A DNA stretch of 64,000 nt from a virus (taxonomy: Duplodnaviria; Caudoviricetes), in IMG/VR virus record IMGVR_UViG_3300011616_000006, positions 1 to 64,000 of that record; one strand, given 5' to 3'. Shown piece after piece: positions 37,952-46,238 of the stretch. A program made the position numbers and the translations under genes. Positions within the stretch are counted from its first letter, which is position 1. Each line of letters opens with the position of its first letter. A model generated the notes under the pieces. The model worked only from the letters and a program-made list of their open reading frames with translations. It ran no database searches and was not told the origin of the DNA.

Positions 37952-38041
37952 AGTGAAATCCTCCTTGTTTTTGGTAGTCACATATTCGCTCTAAAGCTGT
38001 GAAATAGCAAGGAATTTCGCTATAAAACATCTACCTAATTA

Positions 38042-39976
38042 TCAATGGCTGTCTTGTGTACAATACACAATCCCTGCCATAACAAAGCAGACACACGGAA
38101 GTGCGACTCCGTTGCCCCACATCTTGTATTCCGCCGAATCGGTATGAGGGTTTTTCAGCCATTTAATGATCTGATTCCTGCTTCTTGACTTTTTGCCGTT
38201 AATCTTGGCATAGGTATCAAACACCTCTGTCCAGAAAACAATATCCTTTTCGGTCGGCTCTGGTGTTCCTATGTCAGCACACCAATCAGGAGGAAATCCT
38301 TGAAGCAAGGCACACTCAGTCGGTGTCAGCCTGCGGACAAGATATTCCATATCACCCTTATCATTAATCAAGGGAGGGTCTTTATAGTCTGTGGCAACAA
38401 GTGTATTCGCAAGTTCCTCCTCAGCAGAGGTAAAAAAAGATGCTTTGCTTGCACAGTAGGTCGGTTTCGCAACTGCTCCGGGACCTTTGGCAACCACGGT
38501 TGGCTCTAATTCTTCCTCAACCGCAAAATCATATAGAGCATTTTCACCTTGGTTGAAAGCTGCACGGTCAATGCCATAAGCCACTGCATGGCGGTCGGCA
38601 GTATTTAAAGTAAACGCTGTATTTTCATTGATGCCACTGCCTTGGGGGCCGTTCTTTTCCTCTCTACCAATCATAGAACCCTGCACACAAACAGCAATCC
38701 CGCCTTGATTACAAGTAGGATTTCCTCCACCAGCATCCAATGTTCGTGCGGTGTCGGCTTCATAAATTCCGCTATGGGGATTATCCGACTTCATCGCATT
38801 ACTGGCCTGAGAGCAGATGCCATAGGCTTTGACTGCTAATTCATTGCATCGATTCTCGCCAGCATCAAAATTGTTCAGTGTATTGGCGATTTCAGCCTGT
38901 TCCCACTTCTGTCCCTCATTCGTATTGTGGGGACGAGTACCTTTGCGAAATGGCACAAATACCGATTGGTCATTGACGGTGGATAGCGTAGCTGACTGAT
39001 CTTCTTGAATCAACGCACCTTTGCCGCCGCCTTCACAGCCAGAGCGGATTTTCATAGTTAGCGGAACATTTCCACCGCCGGTCCCCATGCTGCTTGATAG
39101 GGTTTGGACAACACCATCATCGCTTATTTTTACTCTACTATCGGCGGCATGATTTTCAATTGCCACTGCGGTTTGATTATCGCCCGGTGCGGCTCTCAAA
39201 GCCCCCGTGTATTCTTCCCAAACATGACCACCTAGCCTTGAGATTGCTCCGGGTTCAAATGCGACTGCCGTTCCAGTGCAATCCGCAGCACCTCCGGCAG
39301 CTCCTTGCCCCGTGCTGAAGCCCTGCGGAGTATACCCTGACAGGCGTTCGAACTCAAATAATACTTTTCCGGCACATTCGCCTGCAAAATCTGCGACAAG
39401 GTAACAGCGACGCCTTCGTTGGGCGACTCCCCAAAATTGCGCGTCAACAGTACGCCATGCGATGGAGTAATTATCTCCCACGATTTCACCTGCAAGAGAC
39501 CATCGGTCTTTTTCTGGCATAGGAATAACATCGGTTTCATTTTTGATTTTTGTAATCTCTGTGAGGACTTGGAGGAAGTCCCTGCCTTTGTTGCTGGAGT
39601 AGGCGCCGGGGACATTCTCCCAGCAGATCCATCTCGGATATTTGCCATTGGTTGCACACCTCATTTCTTTTATAATTCTGACGGCTTCAAAAAATAGCGA
39701 AGACTGTTCACCCTCTAAGCCTTCACGTTTGCCCGCCACTGAAAGGTTGGTACATGGGCTGCCAAAGGTAATGATGTCCACAGGCGGGATTTCTGCCCCA
39801 TTCACGGTGGAAATATCACCTAAGTGCTTTACCTCCGGCAGGCGTTTGGTAGTTACTCGGATAGGGAACGGTTCAATTTCTGATGCCCACAGCGGTTTAA
39901 TGCCATTTAAAATGGCTCCAAGCGGAAAGCCGCCGGAGCCGTCAAATAGTGAACCGAGAGTAAGCTGTTTATTCAT
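38042..39976 (-). CDS. Phage DNA (cytosine-5)-methyltransferase with long multi-repeat variable region
   Basis: SLFDGSGG, GSPC, ENVPG, QRRRR, RRLTPTEC..LQGFP and WGNGVA motifs. Confidence 0.92.
   Translation of the reverse strand: MNKQLTLGSLFDGSGGFPLGAILNGIKPLWASEIEPFPIRVTTKRLPEVKHLGDISTVNGAEIPPVDIITFGSPCTNLSVAGKREGLEGEQSSLFFEAVRIIKEMRCATNGKYPRWICWENVPGAYSSNKGRDFLQVLTEITKIKNETDVIPMPEKDRWSLAGEIVGDNYSIAWRTVDAQFWGVAQRRRRCYLVADFAGECAGKVLFEFERLSGYTPQGFSTGQGAAGGAADCTGTAVAFEPGAISRLGGHVWEEYTGALRAAPGDNQTAVAIENHAADSRVKISDDGVVQTLSSSMGTGGGNVPLTMKIRSGCEGGGKGALIQEDQSATLSTVNDQSVFVPFRKGTRPHNTNEGQKWEQAEIANTLNNFDAGENRCNELAVKAYGICSQASNAMKSDNPHSGIYEADTARTLDAGGGNPTCNQGGIAVCVQGSMIGREEKNGPQGSGINENTAFTLNTADRHAVAYGIDRAAFNQGENALYDFAVEEELEPTVVAKGPGAVAKPTYCASKASFFTSAEEELANTLVATDYKDPPLINDKGDMEYLVRRLTPTECALLQGFPPDWCADIGTPEPTEKDIVFWTEVFDTYAKINGKKSRSRNQIIKWLKNPHTDSAEYKMWGNGVALPCVCFVMAGIVYCTQDSH
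39232..39540 (-). CDS. Out-of-frame embedded ORF, M.EcoHK31I beta-like polypeptide (start uncertain, 39540 or 39657)
   Basis: N.GESP.....TLSQIL....PEKYYLS..AC.GILRRA..RGK.LP..L..ALERQ in an alternative frame over motif VIII. Confidence 0.6.
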   Translation of the reverse strand: MKPMLFLCQKKTDGLLQVKSWEIITPSHGVLLTRNFGESPNEGVAVTLSQILQANVPEKYYLSSNACQGILRRASARGKELPEVLRIALERQSHLNPEQSQG

Positions 39977-41210
39977 CACTGCTCACCCCCGGTACGTTTG
40001 CATATTCAGTTTTCTTACCGTCACGAATGAGATACACCTTATCTGAACTCGACTGCTCAATATATCTCTTCACAATAACATCGCAGTATTTTTCATCCAG
40101 CTCCACCGTGTAACATACACGGTCAGTTTGCTCACAGGCAATCAATGTACTGCCTGAACCGCCAAATGGGTCAAGTACAATGCAACCTGTCATACTGGAA
40201 TTGGTAATCGGATAAGCAACAAGGGGAACAGGCTTCATGGTTGGATGGTCACCATTCTTCTTTGGCTTATCAAACTCCCAAATGGTGGATTGCTTGCGGT
40301 CAGAGTACCACGAATGCTTACCAGATTTCTTCCAACCAAACAAAACAGGCTCATGCTGCCAGTGATATGGTGAACGACCTAACACCAACGATTGCTTTTT
40401 CCAGATGCAAGTGCCGGAAAGATAAAATCCAGCATCTGAAAATGCCCTGCGGAAATTTAAACCTTCCGTGTCAGCATGAAATACATAAATACTCGCATCC
40501 TTTGCCATCGCCTTTTCTGTGTTAGTAAAGGCATCAAGCAGAAATTGATAAAACTTCTCGTCTGCCATGTTGTCGTTCTTGATTTTGCCCGCCGAACCCT
40601 CGTAATTTACGTTATATGGCGGGTCCGTCACCACAAGGTTCGCAGAATTTCCGTTCATCAGAACTGTAAATGTTTCAGCCTTGGTGCTGTCACCACAGAC
40701 CAGACGGTGCTTACCCAAGAGCCAAATATCACCGCTCTTTGTAACGGCAGGCTTTTCAAGTTCACCATCAACATCAAAATCATCATCTTTTACATCTTCA
40801 TCTGAGGTCATCAGCTTATTAAGCTCTGCATCATCAAAGCCAAGAAGTCCGATATCAAAATCGGCACCCTGCAAATCCGCAATTTCCACCGACAGCATTT
40901 CTTCATCCCAACCAGCGTTCATCGCAAGACGGTTATCTGCAAGAATATATGCTCGTTTCTGTGCATCTGTCATATGCTCGACAAACACACATGGCACTTC
41001 GGAGATTCCTTCTTCCTTGGCAGCAAGAATGCGACCATGTCCAGCAATGATGTTATAATCCTTATCCACGATAACGGGATTTACAAATCCGAACTCCCGC
41101 AGGCTGGCGCGAAGCTGAAGAACCTGTTCTTTGCTGTGGGTACGGGCATTTCTTGCGTAGGGTATCAGCTTTTCGATACCCACTTTTTCAAATCGTTCTG
41201 TAGATTTCAT
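39969..41210 (-). CDS. ParB-like N-terminal domain + N6/N4 DNA methyltransferase
   Basis: AGHGR...LADNR; DPPY, HPTMKP and DPFGGSGST motifs. Confidence 0.92.
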   Translation of the reverse strand: MKSTERFEKVGIEKLIPYARNARTHSKEQVLQLRASLREFGFVNPVIVDKDYNIIAGHGRILAAKEEGISEVPCVFVEHMTDAQKRAYILADNRLAMNAGWDEEMLSVEIADLQGADFDIGLLGFDDAELNKLMTSDEDVKDDDFDVDGELEKPAVTKSGDIWLLGKHRLVCGDSTKAETFTVLMNGNSANLVVTDPPYNVNYEGSAGKIKNDNMADEKFYQFLLDAFTNTEKAMAKDASIYVFHADTEGLNFRRAFSDAGFYLSGTCIWKKQSLVLGRSPYHWQHEPVLFGWKKSGKHSWYSDRKQSTIWEFDKPKKNGDHPTMKPVPLVAYPITNSSMTGCIVLDPFGGSGSTLIACEQTDRVCYTVELDEKYCDVIVKRYIEQSSSDKVYLIRDGKKTEYANVPGVSSDE

Positions 41211-41213
41211 AAT

Positions 41214-41789
41214 CTATCGCCCCTTTCTTCCGGAGAGCAGTGCCTCCATAATGTCATCCTGCGGGTTTCCTGTGAAAGCCGTGGTGCAGTTTTGTTTTAC
41301 GATATCAAATATTTCATACCAGATAAGATTTGCCTGTTTCTGAAACGACTGGCTCATCTGTACAAAAGGACTTGCAATCGCACCGCCTGTCGTTGGGTGC
41401 TTGCCAAGCAGACCGTAAATGCTGATAGCCTCCTCGCACTGAATGTAACGAGTGAAAGCCTGTGCGTAGGATTCTATCAATCGGGGATTGACAAACTTCT
41501 CACAGCCACGCTCCTTCAGCCATTTCCATGTTTCGATGTACAGTGCATCCGCTCCCAGCGGTTTGCCGTCCTTTTGTCTGGAACTGAGATAATCACTCGG
41601 TGATGGCATATCCTCACCTGGCATATCCGATTCCACTTCCAAGTCCGGAGCCTCCAGCACCGTTTCCTGTGGCATGGTGACTTCCAGCACTTTTGCCGCC
41701 TTTCCGTTTGCAATCTTATCCGCTAGAGGTAGCGGTTTATCCCCGGCTCGCACACGGCGACCGCCTCTGTTCGTTCCGTCTTTCGCCAT
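41214..41789 (-). CDS. Terminase small subunit (P27 family)
   Basis: MAKDGTNRGG.R..AG; position between HNH and the MTases. Confidence 0.85.
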   Translation of the reverse strand: MAKDGTNRGGRRVRAGDKPLPLADKIANGKAAKVLEVTMPQETVLEAPDLEVESDMPGEDMPSPSDYLSSRQKDGKPLGADALYIETWKWLKERGCEKFVNPRLIESYAQAFTRYIQCEEAISIYGLLGKHPTTGGAIASPFVQMSQSFQKQANLIWYEIFDIVKQNCTTAFTGNPQDDIMEALLSGRKGR

Positions 41790-41839
41790 ATGCCTCACCT
41801 CCGTTTATATGGCAGGGGGTTAATACCCCGTTTGAACTG

Positions 41840-41915
41840 GAATTTTTTCGCGCGTGACCCCATGCCCGTTCCACGGCCGAAAGGCTGTAGAGATTCAGAC
41901 CGCCCCTCCCGGTCA
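41840..41915. other. Probable cos packaging region
   Basis: GC-rich non-coding stretch between HNH and terS (GGGAGGGGCGGTC...GGAACGGGCATGGGGTCACGCGCG on -), the usual position in HNH/HK97-type phages. Confidence 0.45.
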
Positions 41916-41924
41916 GAGAGAAAA

Positions 41925-42284
41925 TCATTTCCTGCTCCAGCGACCACCTTCACGAGCGGTGATCTCGGAATGGCAGGAGGTACAAAGGCTCATGAGATTA
42001 TGAAAATCATGAGTGCCGCCTTGGGATAACGGCTTGATGTGGTGTACTTCTTCGGTGGGTGTCATCTTCCCGTTCTTCTCGCACTGCTCACACAGCGGAT
42101 GCAGAGCAACGTAGCGGTCACGGATTCTTTTCCACGACCTGCCGTACCGTTTCTTGGTGGCAGGGTCACGTTGATACTTTTCGTATCGTTTGGCTTCTTG
42201 TTTCTCATGCTCCTCACAGAATCTGCCGTGGGACAGCTTGGGACAGCCGGGATGAGAGCATGGTGTCTTTGGTTTGTATGGCAT
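41925..42284 (-). CDS. Packaging HNH endonuclease
   Basis: CEQC, EVHHIKPL..GG.H...NLMSLC..CH motifs. Confidence 0.9.
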   Translation of the reverse strand: MPYKPKTPCSHPGCPKLSHGRFCEEHEKQEAKRYEKYQRDPATKKRYGRSWKRIRDRYVALHPLCEQCEKNGKMTPTEEVHHIKPLSQGGTHDFHNLMSLCTSCHSEITAREGGRWSRK

Positions 42285-42416
42285 CTGAATCACCTCCGTG
42301 GCAAACCAAAAGCCCTCAGAGCGTGTTGCTCCAAAGGCTTCCGTTGTTTTTATAGTTTTTGATATTACTATCATACCACGTCCAATTGCAAAAATCGTCC
42401 GTGATTTTGGACATCA

Positions 42417-42875
42417 TCACTTACCATACAACAGGGTGGTCAAATGCTCCAATGCACGATTTTTCTTTTTGTAGGCGGAAGTCCGTTCAATGTGATAGCG
42501 GTCACAGATATTACCAACGGCATCAATCTGCTTGCCATCATCGTTTAAATAAAACTCCGACAACACAAACTGTTCATCATCTGTCAACGCATCCCAAGCA
42601 GGGCGAAACCACTCCATGTACTCCAAGGCACGGCGGTAACGTTCTTTGAGTACGTCAATCTCATCAAGAGATGATGCCAGCCTCGTTTCTGTAGCATGAG
42701 GGTCTTTCTGTCTTGGTAATCCTGTGGGAACACCAGATGGTAATGCCATCATACTGTCACGCATATCTGCAACATCCTCTTTGTAGTTCTGTATGATATA
42801 CTCCATGCTGGAGTAATCTTTCAGCGCATCAATCGCGGCTGTCTTTTTGTCTAAATATATCCAAGCTATCGTCAT
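42417..42875 (-). CDS. RinA/ArpU-like late transcriptional activator
   Basis: C-terminal L...EQ.VL..FY....sigma-4-like HTH; immediately upstream of the packaging module. Confidence 0.7.
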   Translation of the reverse strand: MTIAWIYLDKKTAAIDALKDYSSMEYIIQNYKEDVADMRDSMMALPSGVPTGLPRQKDPHATETRLASSLDEIDVLKERYRRALEYMEWFRPAWDALTDDEQFVLSEFYLNDDGKQIDAVGNICDRYHIERTSAYKKKNRALEHLTTLLYGK

Positions 42876-43164
42876 AAGCTTTTACCTCCAAGGAATCAAG
42901 AATAGACTTCACTTCCTCGACACTGGTAACCTTGCAGGCTTCGCCCTTCGCAGCTTTAATTTTCGTAATCGTTATTTCTTGCAGCTTCGTCAGCCTCCCA
43001 GATGGCGTCTTTACTTCAAACGCTACGAACCTGCCGTGGTAACAGCAGATAATATCCGGGATGCCGGCTGTACCGTACATACCGCCATGCTCTTTCCAAG
43101 CAAAGCACATGGGTACAGTCTTTAAGTACCGCATAATTGCGGTGACAATGTCTTTTTCAATCAT
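42829..43164 (-). CDS. VRR-NUC domain nuclease
   Basis: GIPDII...FEVK...GRLT.LQ. Confidence 0.9.
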   Translation of the reverse strand: MIEKDIVTAIMRYLKTVPMCFAWKEHGGMYGTAGIPDIICCYHGRFVAFEVKTPSGRLTKLQEITITKIKAAKGEACKVTSVEEVKSILDSLEVKAYDDSLDIFRQKDSRD

Positions 43165-43181
43165 GGTACACCTCACGTTCC

Positions 43182-43321
43182 TTACGGAATTACGGATTTG
43201 ACGAGTACATATATTTCTTTTTTAATATAGCGGATTTTCTCATAAATCCCTCTTTATCCTCACACTCTGGACTATGCGTGTAAAGAAAATGAGAAACCCG
43301 TCAATTCCGTCATTGCGTCAA
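43182..43321. repeat. Inverted arrays of T(T/G)ACG(G/C)A repeats around an AT-rich core: candidate replication origin
   Basis: TTACGGAATTACGGATTTGACG at 43182 and its inverted counterpart CGTCAATTCCGTCATTGCGTCA ending at 43320. Confidence 0.55.
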
Positions 43322-43327
43322 ACTGAA

Positions 43328-45817
43328 TCATTGTTCCAACCGGATTCCTTTCCAAGTCCGGCGCTTGCCGAGCCGATCCACACCACGCTTAATATCGGGG
43401 TATGCCAACTCGAGGTCTTTGTTAAAATTCTTCTGTGATACCGGCGATAATCCAGCATTGTTGCAATATTCCTTGTACTTCATGAATAACTCGGTTCGCT
43501 CTGTTTCACCATCGGGGGTCATTTCACAGCTTTCCTCCACAAAAGATAAAACACTGTTGCTGTCAATGCGGTAACGCTGAAGTTCCGCTCTGGTACTTTC
43601 TGTTTCACTGAAATGAAAGCGATTTTGAATAAGCCTCTTCAATCCTTCCACAGCGAACATAAAAATACCGTCTGCTTCGGCAGCGAACTTGTCAAGAAGT
43701 GCCGCATCCTGTTTTTCTGTTGGCACAGGCTTAGAGAATCGGATAATAATGAGCCTGCGGTAAAATCCTTCAGATTTATCGCCATAGTTCCGAGGGATTG
43801 AGTTGCACGAAAATAACAGCCTTGCATACGGCTGAAAAGTGAATGGGTCTTTGTTCTTCCTCTCTGCCGTCAGAAAATCCTCGCCGACCAATGCCTTAAA
43901 TATGCCGTTGTCATCAATGTTCTTGGTCGGAAGGTCAGCGAAAATATTCGCCAATTTCCCAAACAACTCCGCCGTCTTAAATCGCTCATTTAGGTTCTGC
44001 CACGGAATATTGCTCACGTTCTGCTGCCCCAATAAAATCTCATTCAAAGTCAATAGCAGCTTAGATTTACCCGCTCCGGGTTCTCCCACAATCACAAAGG
44101 ATTTCTGTGCCTTATTCACGGGAATGAGAAAATAGCCAAGCATTTCCTGCACCAGAGGAATTTCTGCTTCGTTCAGCGATTCGGTCAGAAACTGCCTAAA
44201 GCGAGGACAATCAGCATTCGGCGTGTAATTGACATTTAGCTGTACGGTTGATAAATATTCCGGGGTATGCGGTGCAAAGCTGTCATTCAGGACATTGTAC
44301 AATCCATTCTTGACGTTGAGGATATACGGATTGCTGTTGAGTTCTCTCAAAGGCTTAATAATTAGCATCCTCCACTGACCGTCTGCATCCACAATATTTC
44401 CAAGCGTTGTGTACCTCGAAAGCAAACGAGAGCGTACAAGAGATTTTGCCTCCAAGTCAGAGACCTCCCTGTACACACCATCCCTGTAAACGTAATACTG
44501 CTCGGCGCTGTAAAATGCCTGCACCTCTTTTCCCATATGCTCCGCCAACACGCCCGGCAGGAACTTGACACCTCCTCGATCCGTTAATTCGTACCAATCA
44601 GGAAGTTCATATCCACTAGCCTCACGCTTAGTTTCCTTGCTCTCTGAAAATTTCTTGTAGGCATCCTTGTGAAAAGAAATCAGCGGTTTCACGTCACCCG
44701 TCTTAAAATTAAAACGTGCCTTGATTTCATAATTGATAAATGGCTCGGCAATAACAGGCTCAATGTTGTAAAGATAAGCCGATATGAAGTCCTTTGCGGT
44801 CTGTATATTTTCAAGCGGCATCTCCTGCACGTCTTTCTCCTGTAGAAAAACACGAAGGTCAGCAATATCCAATGCCTTGTAACAAAGAGCGGCAGGTGAC
44901 TTACAATTGCACGAACCGTCCTCCATCTTTGGGCATTTAAAGCCAAACTCGGCAATCTTACTGCAAGTCATCGGCTTCGTACCGGACGATAGAAAATGAT
45001 TAATCTTATCCTGCGTTTCTGCTCTGCTGTATTTTGGGTATGGCTTGGAGAGTGCATGAATCGCACTCTCTCCACTATCAAATACTGCAAGGTTTGTAAT
45101 CATCGCATACCACTGATTTTCAGGGAGCGTCTTTCCATTGTCCTTACAATGCTGAATAAAGGAACAACGCCTGCCGACCAATGATAAGCCTTTTCTTGCA
45201 CCTTTAGGCACAGGTGCTTTTATCTGCTGTTCATCGGGAATCTGAGGCAGATGGACCTCCAACTCCGCTTGAGTGTATCTCAGTTCCGGATTAAACTTGA
45301 TGCATTCCACCATAACAGGCTCGGCTTTGCAGTGATTAAATCCGGGTAATCGGAACACACGGCTCTCATTGATGCAAGCCGAATCACCGTTAAACTGTGA
45401 CACAAGACGCTTCTGTACTCGGCGGAAATCCTCTAGCTTTGCATCTTTCACCAGCCAGTAGCAATGCAACGATTTCTTGGTACGGACAATCATAGACGGC
45501 GGCAGCGGAAATGCCTCAATCTGTGCCATCTGCTCTTCAAGAGATAAACTGTCGCACTCCACAAATTGGGCATTAATTCTTGTAATATCTGCATCTTCAT
45601 GACCACCGAAATTGATAACAAAATAAATCCCTCGGTTCTGCTGATTGTGTTTCTTCAGCGTATCTACCATGCCTGCAATCTTCCCAGCGGCACACTCTAA
45701 TTTCGCACCCTTAAAAGCACCTGTCTTACGGTCATCAAATACCCTTAAGCAAACAGTTTCACTTGGGTCAAAGAACGGGCGCAGAAACTCTTCTAGCGGT
45801 ATGGATAAAGGCTTCAT
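43328..45817 (-). CDS. Primase-helicase (RepB-like primase + D5/P4-family SF3 helicase)
   Basis: FVECD, HCYW, RVFRLPG; GEPGAGKS; RRLIII.F. Confidence 0.92.
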   Translation of the reverse strand: MKPLSIPLEEFLRPFFDPSETVCLRVFDDRKTGAFKGAKLECAAGKIAGMVDTLKKHNQQNRGIYFVINFGGHEDADITRINAQFVECDSLSLEEQMAQIEAFPLPPSMIVRTKKSLHCYWLVKDAKLEDFRRVQKRLVSQFNGDSACINESRVFRLPGFNHCKAEPVMVECIKFNPELRYTQAELEVHLPQIPDEQQIKAPVPKGARKGLSLVGRRCSFIQHCKDNGKTLPENQWYAMITNLAVFDSGESAIHALSKPYPKYSRAETQDKINHFLSSGTKPMTCSKIAEFGFKCPKMEDGSCNCKSPAALCYKALDIADLRVFLQEKDVQEMPLENIQTAKDFISAYLYNIEPVIAEPFINYEIKARFNFKTGDVKPLISFHKDAYKKFSESKETKREASGYELPDWYELTDRGGVKFLPGVLAEHMGKEVQAFYSAEQYYVYRDGVYREVSDLEAKSLVRSRLLSRYTTLGNIVDADGQWRMLIIKPLRELNSNPYILNVKNGLYNVLNDSFAPHTPEYLSTVQLNVNYTPNADCPRFRQFLTESLNEAEIPLVQEMLGYFLIPVNKAQKSFVIVGEPGAGKSKLLLTLNEILLGQQNVSNIPWQNLNERFKTAELFGKLANIFADLPTKNIDDNGIFKALVGEDFLTAERKNKDPFTFQPYARLLFSCNSIPRNYGDKSEGFYRRLIIIRFSKPVPTEKQDAALLDKFAAEADGIFMFAVEGLKRLIQNRFHFSETESTRAELQRYRIDSNSVLSFVEESCEMTPDGETERTELFMKYKEYCNNAGLSPVSQKNFNKDLELAYPDIKRGVDRLGKRRTWKGIRLEQ

Positions 45818-46236
45818 GGCATCAACTCCTCACATTTATCACTAAAATATCGAATTGGTATTCCTCGCTTTTTTGCTTTTGCAATCTCGGTCTGCATACC
45901 GCTAGAAATCTCCGAACCAAACACCCATAACTGGTCACACTTGCCCATAATCACTAATCCAAAGAAAATGCCGATGCTACGCTGTGCCTTGTCACTGTCA
46001 TCCAAAATCTGCGGATACAAAAGATGTGGGGCAAAGGGGATCGCTCCTTGCTTCACAGCAAACCTTGAATAGTGTCGGGCATTTTCAAGATTCTGCTCTA
46101 CATCACCGGCAAACGGTGAGCAGATGAATACCAGTGGTCGATATTCCTTTTGCTTTTCTTCACGGGTTACTTTTGATAATGCTTCATAGGTGGTCGGGTC
46201 ATAATAACCCTCGCTGTTGTATTTATTTACACCCAT
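45814..46236 (-). CDS. DUF4406-like (nucleoside deoxyribosyltransferase-like fold) protein
   Basis: FICSPFAG, APHL and CD.LWVFG..IS.GM..EI motifs. Confidence 0.8.
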   Translation of the reverse strand: MGVNKYNSEGYYDPTTYEALSKVTREEKQKEYRPLVFICSPFAGDVEQNLENARHYSRFAVKQGAIPFAPHLLYPQILDDSDKAQRSIGIFFGLVIMGKCDQLWVFGSEISSGMQTEIAKAKKRGIPIRYFSDKCEELMP

Positions 46237-46238
46237 AA

